A model generated the notes under the pieces. It did no database searches, was not told the DNA's origin, and saw only the letters and a program-made list of their open reading frames with translations. This document shows positions 33,332 to 43,052 of a stretch of DNA of 59,638 nt, one piece after another. The position numbers and the translations under genes were made by a program. Position 1 is the stretch's first letter; each line of letters opens with the position of its first letter. This stretch comes from a virus (taxonomy: Duplodnaviria > Caudoviricetes): IMG/VR virus record IMGVR_UViG_3300040529_000001, positions 1 to 59,638 of that record. One strand, given 5' to 3'.

Positions 33332-36300
33332 GTGACCGACGATAACACGACTTCTCCGGTGACCCAGGGGCTGACCGACGAGCACAAGGCGTTCCTGACC
33401 ACCCAGGCGGTGGACGTGGACCTGGCGCTGGCGCTCGGGGTGCGATCCCTGGTGACCCGTGCCGACAACCCCCAGGAGGGTGTCTGGGGCAACTGGGCCA
33501 ACCACCCCGCCATCCTCTTCCCCTGGACCAGCCCGGACGGCCGGGTGGAGTTCCAGGTGCGCCCGGACAACCCCACGGCGGACAGCCGGGGACGGGACCG
33601 GAAGTACGTGTTCCGCAAGGACATGACCCCCGTTCTCTGGGAGGTCAAGAAGGGCAACCAGGCGGGCCACGTCCTGATCGTAGAGGGCACCAAGCAATGC
33701 CTGGCCGCCGCCAGCTACGCACCGGCCGGGGTCACCGTCTACGGGATCGCCGGGTGTCGCTCCTGGCAGATCGACGGACAGCCGATCCCGGACCTGATGG
33801 CGGTGGACGGCCGGGACGTGGTGATCGTGCTGGACGCGGACGCGGCCGAGAACCCCCAGGTGTTCGACGCCGGGACCGCGCTGGCTGAGGCCCTGGTGAT
33901 GGAGGGGGCCACCAAGGTCTTGTTCGGTCGCCTCCCCGGGGGAGGTAAGTCAGGCCTGGACGATGTGCTGGGCGCTCGCCCGGCCGACCGGCGCCAGGAC
34001 TTCCTCCGGCGCCTGATCGCTCAGGCCCGGCCCAAGCCCGCCGACACCAAGCCTAAGGGCAAGCGCCAGGAGAAGGGCGCGCCGAGGGCCGATGACGGCC
34101 GGGTCACCATCGTGGTCAACCGTGACCGGCTGAGCGTCATCAACGACCTGACCGGCGCGCTGTTGTCCCGCTGGAACGCGGTGGAGCTGTTCTGCCACGG
34201 TGGCGTGATCTCGCGGCGCAAGGTCACCACGATGGCGCCGGTGGACCGGGGATCGTTCCACGACCTCATCCAGGAGACCGCCATCACGGTCAACGAGAAC
34301 GAGGGCGCCAACGGCACCACCTACGGCTACGCCTGGCCGGACCCCGGCACGATGGCCGCGACCCTGAGCCGGGCCGACCACTTCGCCCAGCTCGACCGGA
34401 TCAGCCGCGCGCCGTTCGCCCGAGAGGACGGAACGATTGCGACCGAGCCCGGCTACGACGAGGCGACCCGGACCATGCTCATGCTGGACGAGGTGTTCAC
34501 CGGGCTGAAGGTGCCCGAGGAGCCGACCCCCGAGGAGATCACGGCCGCTCGGGAGTTCCTGCTGACCGAGTGGCTGGGTGACTTCCCCTTTGACAGCGAC
34601 GTGGACCGGGCCAACGTGCTGGCCCTGATCGTCACCCCGGCCATCCGGGGCATGGTCCCCAAGGTGCCGCTGGCGGTGGTCGACGGCCTCCAGATGGGCG
34701 TGGGTAAGAACCTCCTGGCGGACAGCATCCTGACCGTCTACACCGGCACGGCCGCCGAGCCCATGAACTGGGTACCGGACGCGGACGAACTCCGGAAGCA
34801 GATCACCGCCGCGTTCCGCACCGGCGCGGAGTTCTTCGTGTTCGATGAGGCCCACACTGTGGAGGGCGCGCCGCTGGCCCAGGCCCTGACCGCCGCCACC
34901 TGGCAGGACCGCATCCTGGGTGTCTCGACCATGGCGAACTTCCCCAACGTCATCACCTGGATGTCGCTGGGCAACAACGTCCAGGTGCGGGGCGACCTCA
35001 CGCGCCGGGTCTACCGGATCGCTCTGCGGCCCAAGTACGCGGACCCCCAGGACCGCAAGGCCGAGACCTTCCGGCACCCGGGCCAGTCCGGCCTGGACCT
35101 GTTGAGCTGGACCCGCCAGAACCGATGCGAGCTGATGGCCGCCATCCTGACCCTGGTGAGAGCATGGTTCGCCCAGGGCCAGCCCCGGCCGACCCGGGGA
35201 GTCTCGTTCGGTTCGTTCGAGGTCTGGGAGAAGATCACCGGCGGCATCGTGCAGACCGCTGGCCTGTCCGGGTTCCTGGACAACCTGAAGGTCTGGCGCT
35301 CGGAGTCCGATTTCGACACCCAGTACTGGGCCGGTCACCTGGGCTGGTTGCGAGAGACGTTCGATGACGAGCCGTTCCGAACCGCCCAGGTGCGCGAGAA
35401 GGCCATGGGTGACCCGGCCGGGTATCTCGCTCCCCCCAAGCTGGACGACCCCTCGGACAAGGGGTACGGCAAGAGCCTGGGGGAGGCCTACTCCCGGCTC
35501 CGGGGGCGCCGGTACAGCGGACTGTGGATCGAGCGCACCGGGGCCGCCCACGGGCATGTCAGCGTGTGGCGCGTGTTCCAGGAGGACGAGGACGAGGCGA
35601 CCGAGGAGAACCCCACGCGCGAACCCACCCCGCCGCCGGTGACGCCGGAGCCCGAGCGGCCGGAACCGGCGCCGGAGAACGAGCACGCGGAAGCGCGCGG
35701 TCCGGCGCTGGAGGACACGGACGGGGAGGGCCACGAGGAGGTCCGGCCGGGGGTGACGATCGAGATCGAGGGGCCGGTGGACCCCGAGCTGTTCAAGATC
35801 CTGACCGGGTATGAGGTTGACAGCGACACGTCAACCATCCAGGTGGCTGATGTCGTGACGTTCGACCTGGAGACCGGCGACGCGGGCGACCTCTACAAGA
35901 GCGGACCGGGCTACGTCCGGATCGGGGCCACCGCCGCTGACGATGAGGACGTGGTCCCGTACGACGGACCCGGCACCAGCGTGCCCCGCCAGGTGGCCGC
36001 CGACATCCGGATCGGCCGCACCATCACCGGCCACAACATCATGGCGTTCGACCTCCCCGCGCTGGTGAACGAGGGCGCCATGACGATGGCCGAGGTGCAC
36101 GAGCTGGCCGCCGCCGGTCGCCTGTTTGATGCCCTGCTGGCCGCTCGGTTCCTGGACCCGCCGATGGCCCGGGACAAGGGCGTGGACATGCAGCGCAAGT
36201 ACGACCTGGGCACGCTCGGCGTGACGCACGAGCTGGGCGACAAGCTCAGCGACGTGTCCAAGACCCTGGCCAAGAAGTACGGGGGCTGGGGCGCCATCCC

Positions 36301-37630
36301 GATCGACACCAACGACCCGGACCCGGACCGGGCCGCTGATGCGGTGTCGTTCCAGGGCTACATGGTCCAGGACGTGGAGCTGAGCCGGAGTCTGCACGCG
36401 GTGCTCCTGGAGAAGCTCGGCGGGACCGTGCCGGAGTACCTGGTGCGAGAACACCGGGTCGCGGCGCTCGCGGCACAGATCAGCCACAACGGGTTCCTGG
36501 TGGACCAGGAGCTACTGGCCGAGCGGGTGGCCGGGGTGAACCAGCGCAAGGCCGAGAGCCTGTCCTGGCTGGCCGAGCACGCCGGGGTGCCGCTGGAGAA
36601 CGCCAAGGGCGTGGCGTACAAGAGCCCGCTGGCGAGCCGGGGAGGTAAGGACGCTCTGATCAAGGCGCTGACCGAGGCCGGGGCAACCAGCCTCTGGCGG
36701 ACCGGAATCAGCAAGGATCTGGACACCTCGGGAGACCACATGCGGCACCTGGCCCAGGAGTACGGGCACCTCCCGGCGGTCCGCGAGATCGCCAAGAACG
36801 TCTATCGGATCGTGGGCGCGCGCTCGGTCTACCAGACCGTTTCGGATCACACGTGCCCGGACGGCCGGGTCCACCCGAAGATCGGTTTCGAGCAGGCCAC
36901 CGGCCGCTGGTCCGTCACCTCCCCGGGGCTGACCGTGCTCGGCAAGCGCAACGGTCGGCACGTGGAGCGGGCCATCCTCCTGCCCGACCCGGGCGAGGTG
37001 CTCCTCTCGGTGGACCTCTCACAGGTCGACATGCGCGCGGTGGCGGGGCTCAGCCAGGATCAGGGCTACATCGAGATGCTGAAGCGGGACGACCCCCACA
37101 CTGAGCTGGCCGTGGCGCTGTTCGGCGCTGCCTCGTTCCGCGAGGAGGCGAAAGCCATCGGGCACGGCTGGAACTACGGGGAGTCCCTGAAGAGGATCAG
37201 CACGGAGAACGAGATCGACCCGTCGATCGTCCGCAAGTTCGATACGTCGATGCGTGAGCGCTTCCCCCGGCTGATCGAGTGGCGGGACGAGGTCCGCGCG
37301 CTGGCGGAGTCCGGCGCCCTGCTGGACAACGGTTTCGGTCGCCTCATGCGGGCCGACCCCCAGCGGGCACACACCCAGGGTCCGGCGCTGAAGGGTCAGG
37401 GCGCGGCCCGGGACCTGATGATGACCGGACTCCTCCGGCTCCCCGCCGAGATCCACCCGATGCTCCGGGCTCAGATCCACGATGAGGTGGTGGCCAGCGT
37501 GCCGATCGAGCGCGCCGAGGAGATCGGGCGCACGATCGTGGAGGCCTTCACGTTCGAGTGGCGGGGGGTGCCGATCATGGCGGATGTGAGCCGGGCTGGT
37601 ACCGACTGGAGCAAGTGCTACGAGAAGTGA
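33332..37630 (+). CDS. polA: fusion of TOPRIM-type (DUF3854-like) primase, P-loop helicase, 3'-5' exonuclease and family A DNA polymerase
   Basis: IVEGTKQ...LDADA...GLDD (TOPRIM); GVGKN / FVFDEA (P-loop); FDLET, GHNIMAFD, YMVQDV (ExoI-III); TGRWS, DLSQVDMR, REEAKAIGHGWNYG, QIHDE (Pol A motifs). Confidence 0.92.
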   Translation: MTDDNTTSPVTQGLTDEHKAFLTTQAVDVDLALALGVRSLVTRADNPQEGVWGNWANHPAILFPWTSPDGRVEFQVRPDNPTADSRGRDRKYVFRKDMTPVLWEVKKGNQAGHVLIVEGTKQCLAAASYAPAGVTVYGIAGCRSWQIDGQPIPDLMAVDGRDVVIVLDADAAENPQVFDAGTALAEALVMEGATKVLFGRLPGGGKSGLDDVLGARPADRRQDFLRRLIAQARPKPADTKPKGKRQEKGAPRADDGRVTIVVNRDRLSVINDLTGALLSRWNAVELFCHGGVISRRKVTTMAPVDRGSFHDLIQETAITVNENEGANGTTYGYAWPDPGTMAATLSRADHFAQLDRISRAPFAREDGTIATEPGYDEATRTMLMLDEVFTGLKVPEEPTPEEITAAREFLLTEWLGDFPFDSDVDRANVLALIVTPAIRGMVPKVPLAVVDGLQMGVGKNLLADSILTVYTGTAAEPMNWVPDADELRKQITAAFRTGAEFFVFDEAHTVEGAPLAQALTAATWQDRILGVSTMANFPNVITWMSLGNNVQVRGDLTRRVYRIALRPKYADPQDRKAETFRHPGQSGLDLLSWTRQNRCELMAAILTLVRAWFAQGQPRPTRGVSFGSFEVWEKITGGIVQTAGLSGFLDNLKVWRSESDFDTQYWAGHLGWLRETFDDEPFRTAQVREKAMGDPAGYLAPPKLDDPSDKGYGKSLGEAYSRLRGRRYSGLWIERTGAAHGHVSVWRVFQEDEDEATEENPTREPTPPPVTPEPERPEPAPENEHAEARGPALEDTDGEGHEEVRPGVTIEIEGPVDPELFKILTGYEVDSDTSTIQVADVVTFDLETGDAGDLYKSGPGYVRIGATAADDEDVVPYDGPGTSVPRQVAADIRIGRTITGHNIMAFDLPALVNEGAMTMAEVHELAAAGRLFDALLAARFLDPPMARDKGVDMQRKYDLGTLGVTHELGDKLSDVSKTLAKKYGGWGAIPIDTNDPDPDRAADAVSFQGYMVQDVELSRSLHAVLLEKLGGTVPEYLVREHRVAALAAQISHNGFLVDQELLAERVAGVNQRKAESLSWLAEHAGVPLENAKGVAYKSPLASRGGKDALIKALTEAGATSLWRTGISKDLDTSGDHMRHLAQEYGHLPAVREIAKNVYRIVGARSVYQTVSDHTCPDGRVHPKIGFEQATGRWSVTSPGLTVLGKRNGRHVERAILLPDPGEVLLSVDLSQVDMRAVAGLSQDQGYIEMLKRDDPHTELAVALFGAASFREEAKAIGHGWNYGESLKRISTENEIDPSIVRKFDTSMRERFPRLIEWRDEVRALAESGALLDNGFGRLMRADPQRAHTQGPALKGQGAARDLMMTGLLRLPAEIHPMLRAQIHDEVVASVPIERAEEIGRTIVEAFTFEWRGVPIMADVSRAGTDWSKCYEK

Positions 37631-37689
37631 TCCACCGGCGGGGGCCGAACCGGCCCCCGCCGCCCTGACAGTGCACAGTCAACCTGGAG

Positions 37690-38772
37690 ATGACGATGAC
37701 CGACCGCAAAGCAGACGCCACGTACCACCCCGGCTCCACGCCGGAGAACCCCTTGCCCATGCGCACGCCGATGGGGGCCCTGGCTGCCCACGGACAGCTT
37801 CCTCCCGACGACCCGCCGGACCGGATGGTCTACGAGGGCCCCGGCCCGGCGCCGTGGGCGACCCCCGCCGAGCGCGCGCTGGCGGTCCAGCACGGATGGA
37901 CCGGCAAGCCCAGCAAGCTCTCCATCCTGGGCTGGGTGGCCATGATCCTGGCCGCCGCGTCGCTGGTGTTCGGTTCGATGGCCGTGATGTCCCTGACAGG
38001 TAATGACGTCGCACCGGCCCCGGTTGTCCAGCCGGTCACCGTCACCACCACGGGGACGTGCGAGAAGAAGCTGGTGGGCGAGTACGGCCTGGTTGCCACC
38101 ATCACCGCCACCAACCTCTCCAGGGAGAACCAGAGCGGCCAGGTATGGGTCCAGTGGCCGGTCACCGGCGACTCCCCCCAGCGGTTCGTCAAGCCGGTCA
38201 CGCTCACTCCGGGCGAGGCCGTGGAGTTTCCGGTGAACCAGGCCATCCCCGCCGAGCGCTGGTACCGCACCGGCATGTGCACCCACGGGTGGGAGCCGAC
38301 CGTCAAGCCCAACGGGATGGCGCCGGTGGCTTTCTCGATCTCCTGGGGCCAGCCCAAGGTCACTCCCCCGAACCGTCGCGTGATCGAGGTGGTGGACAAG
38401 ATCGCTCCGAAGGAGTGGCGCGTCAGTGCGGCCGTGAAGTGGCTCGACCGCTACACGGCCTCGGACATGCGCCTGGTGAGCCGGTGCACGAGGAAGGCCT
38501 ACCGGTGCATCACCGTGCGCCAGGGCCGGGTGGACGGTCCCGTGGGCTGGTCCCAGGGCTCCACGATCACCGTCGACACCGGCAAGGCCAACAGAGGCAC
38601 GCTCCGGACCTGGTACCGCTACGACAAGAACCGGACCTGGTTGCTGGTGCACGAGCTGGGCCACCAGCACGGGCTCGCCCACGCGGGGAGCGGCAACCTG
38701 ATGAGCGAGCACGTCAACCGCTACAAGATGACTCTGACCAGCGGGCAGCGCGCGACGCTGCGCAAGAGGTAA
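37690..38772 (+). CDS. membrane-anchored protein with C-terminal metzincin (matrixin-like) metalloprotease domain
   Basis: TM helix, HELGHQHGLAH zinc motif and NLM Met-turn. Confidence 0.72.
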   Translation: MTMTDRKADATYHPGSTPENPLPMRTPMGALAAHGQLPPDDPPDRMVYEGPGPAPWATPAERALAVQHGWTGKPSKLSILGWVAMILAAASLVFGSMAVMSLTGNDVAPAPVVQPVTVTTTGTCEKKLVGEYGLVATITATNLSRENQSGQVWVQWPVTGDSPQRFVKPVTLTPGEAVEFPVNQAIPAERWYRTGMCTHGWEPTVKPNGMAPVAFSISWGQPKVTPPNRRVIEVVDKIAPKEWRVSAAVKWLDRYTASDMRLVSRCTRKAYRCITVRQGRVDGPVGWSQGSTITVDTGKANRGTLRTWYRYDKNRTWLLVHELGHQHGLAHAGSGNLMSEHVNRYKMTLTSGQRATLRKR

Positions 38773-38939
38773 CCTGACAGGCGCGGCCTACCCGTACGGG
38801 CCGCCCCGCCCGAGGCCCGGCCAGGCTGACTCCCCGTCCCCTGGCCGGGCCTCGGTGCGTTGACAGATGATCTGTCGATCTCTTCACCGCCATGGCGTCC
38901 AGGTCGTGATGCCCCCCGACCTCCAGCTAGGATGACACC

Positions 38940-39659
38940 ATGCGGAATTACATCAGGCTCGGGCCAGAGAACAACCCCGGCGGCGCGCGCTGGTGTACCG
39001 ACGAGGGTCACAAGCGGCTGGAGTGCACGAAGAACCGGAGCAAGGGCCGGGGCCAGTGCCACGCCCCCGCCATCCGGGGACTGGCCACGTGCAAGATCCA
39101 CGCGGGCCACCGCACCGAGGTAGCGCGAGCCAAGGGAGAGGCCCGGATCACGGCCTGGTCCGCCACCGGCAAGGGTGCCGAGACGATGGACTACCGGATG
39201 GCCGTGCTCGGGGTGCTTCAGATGAGCTGGCTCCGGCTTGCCGCGTACTCCGAACTCCTGCGGCGCCAGGTGACGAACGCCGAGCACCAGCCGGACCCGG
39301 ACGGCCTGGACGCCGGGGGCGAGACCAAGGAGTCCGGCCTGATCGGCTACCGGTTCGGGGCCGCTGGCAAGGACGGGAACATCTACGCCGTGTCCGAGGA
39401 GGTCCGGGCGCTGGTGGGCCTGGAGGCGGCCGAGCGGGACCGGGTGGTCAAGTTCGCCAAGACCGCCCACGACATGGGGATCTCCGACCGGCTGACCAAC
39501 CTCGCGGAGCGCTGGGGGGACATCGTGGCGACCCGGATCACGCTGATGTTGGACGAGCTGGCGCTGAGCCCCGAGCAGACCGCCAGGGTTCCGGCCCTGC
39601 TCCAGGCTCACCTGGGCTCGATCGACATGGGGGCCATGAGCGGGGAGACCCCCAAGTGA
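38940..39659 (+). CDS. terS: terminase small subunit (putative)
   Basis: Overlaps the TerL start; N-terminal C..C..C..H (HGGxSTG-like) motif and ERDRVVKFAK.A..MGI..R motif. Confidence 0.7.
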   Translation: MRNYIRLGPENNPGGARWCTDEGHKRLECTKNRSKGRGQCHAPAIRGLATCKIHAGHRTEVARAKGEARITAWSATGKGAETMDYRMAVLGVLQMSWLRLAAYSELLRRQVTNAEHQPDPDGLDAGGETKESGLIGYRFGAAGKDGNIYAVSEEVRALVGLEAAERDRVVKFAKTAHDMGISDRLTNLAERWGDIVATRITLMLDELALSPEQTARVPALLQAHLGSIDMGAMSGETPK

Positions 39660-41125
39660 TCGTTGACCTGGCTGGCAAGGTGCTGTCCCGCTCCCGGCTC
39701 ACCCGGTGGCGGGACTCGCCGGTGGCCTGGGCGGACGAGTGCCTGAAGGTCAACCTGACCGGCTACCAGGGGGAGGTGTTGAACGCTCTCCCCGTCCGGC
39801 GGCGCGTCGCGGTGCGCGGCCCGCACGGCCTGGGGAAGTCGTTCATGGGCGCCGTGCTCGTGAACTGGTTCGCCACGACCCGGGACCTGGCCGGGCGGGA
39901 CTGGAAGATCATCACGACCGCCAGCGCGTGGCGCCACCTGGAGGTCTACCTGTGGCCTGAGATCCACAAGTGGGCTGGGCGGATCGACTTCACCACGCTG
40001 GGCCGCGCGCCGTTCAATCCCCGGTCCGAGCTGCTGGACCTCAGGCTGAAGCTGACGTACGGCGCGGCCACCGCCGTGGCCAGCAATCAGCCGGAGCGCA
40101 TCGAGGGCGCCCACGCCGAGGAGCTGCTCTACCTCCTGGACGAGGCCAAGATCGTGCCCCCGGCCACCTGGGACTCCATCGAGGGCGCTTTCTCGAACGC
40201 TGGCCTGGACACCCCGGACAACGCGTACGCGTTCGCCATGAGCACCCCCGGGCCGCCGTCCGGCCGGTTCTACGACATCCACCGCAAGGCCCCCGGGCTG
40301 GAGGACTGGTGGACCCGCCACGTGACGCTGGACGAGGCGATAGCCAGCGGCCGGATCTCGCGCCAGTGGGCGGACCAGCGGCGCCTCCAGTGGGGCGCGG
40401 ACAGCGCGGTCTACCACAACCGCGTGCTGGGTGAGTTCCACGCCAGCGACGAGGACAGCGTGATCCCTCTGGCCTGGCTGGAAGCGGCCATTGAGCGCTG
40501 GCACGACTGGGACCGGGCCGGGCGGCCGTCGATGGGCGGGCCGCTCTGGACCGGTGTCGACGTCGGGCGCGGTGGTGACGAGTCGGTCCTGGCCCACCGC
40601 GACGGGCCGGTGATCTGGCTGGAGGGTCACCGCAAGCGGGACACGATGGCCACGGTGGGGATGCTCCAGGGCCTGGACGGCCGCGCCATCATCGACGTGA
40701 TCGGCGTGGGCGCCGGAGTCTACGACCGGATGCGCGAGATGCACACCCAGCCGCTGGCCTACGTCGGCTCCGGCAAGACCACGGTTCGGGACCGGTCCGG
40801 CAAGTACGGGTTCGTCAATGTCCGATCGGCCGCGTACTGGCACCTCCGCGAGCTGCTGGACCCGGAGTACGCCCCGACGCTGGCGCTCCCCCCAGACGAC
40901 CTGATGATCAGCGACCTGACTACTCCCACCTGGGACATCACCACCGGTCTGCCCCCGAAGTACAAGGTGGAGACCAAGGAGGACGTGGTGGCCCGGCTCG
41001 GTCGATCCCCGGACCGAGGTGACGCGGTGGTCATGAGCATGTGGGCCGACCGGCACCAGGGCTCCGGCACGTTCGCGGCGCCGGTGGGCGTGATGCCGAC
41101 CACCGGGCTGTCCCCCCTCGGTTGA
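39656..41125 (+). CDS. terL: terminase large subunit
   Basis: Walker A GPHGLGKS, Walker B LLDEA, STP, nuclease GVDVGRGGDES and SPDRGDA. Confidence 0.95.
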   Translation: MIVDLAGKVLSRSRLTRWRDSPVAWADECLKVNLTGYQGEVLNALPVRRRVAVRGPHGLGKSFMGAVLVNWFATTRDLAGRDWKIITTASAWRHLEVYLWPEIHKWAGRIDFTTLGRAPFNPRSELLDLRLKLTYGAATAVASNQPERIEGAHAEELLYLLDEAKIVPPATWDSIEGAFSNAGLDTPDNAYAFAMSTPGPPSGRFYDIHRKAPGLEDWWTRHVTLDEAIASGRISRQWADQRRLQWGADSAVYHNRVLGEFHASDEDSVIPLAWLEAAIERWHDWDRAGRPSMGGPLWTGVDVGRGGDESVLAHRDGPVIWLEGHRKRDTMATVGMLQGLDGRAIIDVIGVGAGVYDRMREMHTQPLAYVGSGKTTVRDRSGKYGFVNVRSAAYWHLRELLDPEYAPTLALPPDDLMISDLTTPTWDITTGLPPKYKVETKEDVVARLGRSPDRGDAVVMSMWADRHQGSGTFAAPVGVMPTTGLSPLG

Positions 41126-41170
41126 CCGTGCATCGTCACGGTTGACACCTTGCAGTGATGACGGTAATGT
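41122..41170 (+). promoter_or_regulatory. tandem operators plus promoter TTGACA-N17-TAATGT (leaderless ATG 41178)
   Basis: TTGACCGTGCATCGTCAC, then TTGACACCTTGCAGTGATGACGGTAATGT. Confidence 0.78.
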
Positions 41171-41177
41171 ATCGCTC

Positions 41178-41336
41178 ATGGCTGAGGACAAGAACACACA
41201 CCCGGGGTTCCGCGTAGACCCCCGGGCCACCCACGGACCGCACACCTGGGGCAACGGCCCCAAGCCCAGGAGCAAGACCCTGCTGGGGAAGGTCATCGAC
41301 AAGATCGAGGACATCCAGAAGGGCAAGAAGTCGTGA
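41178..41336 (+). CDS. small hypothetical protein
   Basis: Leaderless start; GTGA overlap with the next gene. Confidence 0.65.
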   Translation: MAEDKNTHPGFRVDPRATHGPHTWGNGPKPRSKTLLGKVIDKIEDIQKGKKS

Positions 41337-41878
41337 ACTCCAGCCAGTACAACGGCCTGATGGTCGTACTCCACCAGATCCTGGGGCGGATGCCAGAGCC
41401 CCCAGCCGCCGCTCCCAAGCCGCTGACCGTGCACCACCTGGACGGGACCAGCACGACCACCGGCCAGGTTGTCCTCGGGAGACGTCCTCCGATCGTGGCG
41501 ACTCCTCCGGCCATGCCGCCGGTGCGCACCGGGTGGCCGCACGAGCGATACGGCCCGGCGCCGGTGGCGTCGATCTCCCGGGACCTGGACGGCACCGTGA
41601 CCAAGACGGCGGCCGGGGGCCGCCAGCGAGGTGAAGACCCGGAGACGACCGGTGCGCGCCAGGCGCTGTCCACCGTGCTCCAGGCACTGGACGGCTGGGT
41701 CCAGGGCGCCAAGGAGAACCACGAGGCCATGGGCCACCGGGGCGAGAACACTGGCTCCGAGTGCTGGCGCACGTTCGCCCCGAGCGACTTCCGGAACATG
41801 ATCAACGACGCGGCCACCGAGCTGGGCCTGGCCACGTTCCCCGCACCGACCGAGCCCGAGGAGGACAAGGCACTATGA
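41333..41878 (+). CDS. hypothetical protein
   Basis: Coupled overlaps on both sides. Confidence 0.65.
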   Translation: MNSSQYNGLMVVLHQILGRMPEPPAAAPKPLTVHHLDGTSTTTGQVVLGRRPPIVATPPAMPPVRTGWPHERYGPAPVASISRDLDGTVTKTAAGGRQRGEDPETTGARQALSTVLQALDGWVQGAKENHEAMGHRGENTGSECWRTFAPSDFRNMINDAATELGLATFPAPTEPEEDKAL

Positions 41879-42318
41879 GGTTTCCTAACCGTTGGACCGT
41901 AGGTGACTGGACGTTCTACGAGATCGAGGACCACGGGTTCACCGGCGAGAACGAGGGCCGCCCGCTGTTCGCGTTCGGTGACGGGTCGCTGGTGGAGAGC
42001 GGGAGTCGGGCGGGCCAGCCCAAGTTCGGCGAGCTGTACGCCAGCCTGGACCGGGCGATCATCGCTGCGGTGGGCGAGAAGTACACCGGGCCGCGCGGCG
42101 CCGGGGGCACCGGCGTGGGCACGGCGGCCGACTGGTTCGCCCGGATGATCGGCATGGACTCGCTGGTGGCCGTGGACTACTCGTCCGGCCAGAAGGCGCT
42201 GACCGAGGCCTACGTGGAGACCCGTCAGCATGACGGGCCGGTCTACCGCCGGGTCCGAGCGATCAACGATGAGCTGGCCAAGCGTGGCCTAGTTCTGGCG
42301 ACGATGAATCACGGGTGA
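41875..42318 (+). CDS. hypothetical protein
   Basis: ATGA overlap; GGAGG RBS. Confidence 0.68.
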   Translation: MRFPNRWTVGDWTFYEIEDHGFTGENEGRPLFAFGDGSLVESGSRAGQPKFGELYASLDRAIIAAVGEKYTGPRGAGGTGVGTAADWFARMIGMDSLVAVDYSSGQKALTEAYVETRQHDGPVYRRVRAINDELAKRGLVLATMNHG

Positions 42319-42328
42319 CCCTCCCCGG

Positions 42329-42357
42329 TTGACACTTCACTGTCATGGCTGTAAGGT
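42329..42357 (+). promoter_or_regulatory. promoter/operator TTGACACTTCACTGTCATGGCTGTAAGGT
   Basis: Consensus hexamers plus the palindrome. Confidence 0.8.
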
Positions 42358-42407
42358 TGTCTCCAGCAGCACGGAACAACTCCACAGAGCAGGAAGGCCC
42401 ACCAGCC

Positions 42408-42584
42408 ATGACCGAGATCAACCTGGACGTGCGGACCTCCACCAAGAGCGGCGCCGAGGTCGACGCGATCGAGCACCGGCGGGAGCTGTGCTGGAGCCGG
42501 GGCGAGGTCCGCCACGTGAAGCGGGCGATCAACCGCCGGTTCCGCCGGGAGACCCGCCAGGCTCTCCGCAGCGTCCGCAACTGA
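42408..42584 (+). CDS. 58-aa Arg-rich protein
   Basis: Conserved GGAAGGCCCACCAGCCATG start motif; terminator hairpin at 42596-42628. Confidence 0.7.
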   Translation: MTEINLDVRTSTKSGAEVDAIEHRRELCWSRGEVRHVKRAINRRFRRETRQALRSVRN

Positions 42585-42672
42585 GCCACCCACCCGAGAG
42601 CCCCGGACCGAGAGGTCCGGGGCTTCTCCGTGTCGCTGAGCGGGTAGACCATGGGTCCTGGAGGTGGTCGGC

Positions 42673-42861
42673 ATGGTATCGAGTGCTGGCGGACGCAAGG
42701 GCTACGTGGCGAAGTCTCGCCACCGGACGTACAAGGCCCTGAGGCGCAAGGGGATGAGCAAGAGCAAGGCCGCGCGGATCAGCAACGCGGGGGTGACGCA
42801 CGGCCAGCGGAGCCGGATGGCACGCAAGGCCGCGCGGACGCGGCGCTCTCGGCGGGGCTGA
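42673..42861 (+). CDS. small basic protein (DUF7218-like)
   Basis: YKALRRKGMSKSKAARISNA motif; GGAGGT RBS. Confidence 0.7.
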   Translation: MVSSAGGRKGYVAKSRHRTYKALRRKGMSKSKAARISNAGVTHGQRSRMARKAARTRRSRRG

Positions 42862-42899
42862 AGCTGTTACTGTGAAGTGACAGATGGGGAGGAGGCAAC

Positions 42900-43052
42900 G
42901 TGGCAGGAGACCCGCACCCGAGCCCGAACGAGGACCCGGAGAACCACATCGGCGAGAAGATCCCAGACCCCTGGGATGACGACGATCAGAAGGACTGGAC
43001 GACGTTCAACCTCATGATCACCGCACCGGCGCCGGGCGAGGTGAGCGGTTGA
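42900..43052 (+). CDS. 50-aa acidic peptide coupled to the endolysin; not in ORF track
   Basis: MAGDPHPSPNEDPENHIGEKIPDPWDDDDQKDW...; GGAGGAGG RBS; TGATG overlap. Confidence 0.7.
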   Translation: MAGDPHPSPNEDPENHIGEKIPDPWDDDDQKDWTTFNLMITAPAPGEVSG

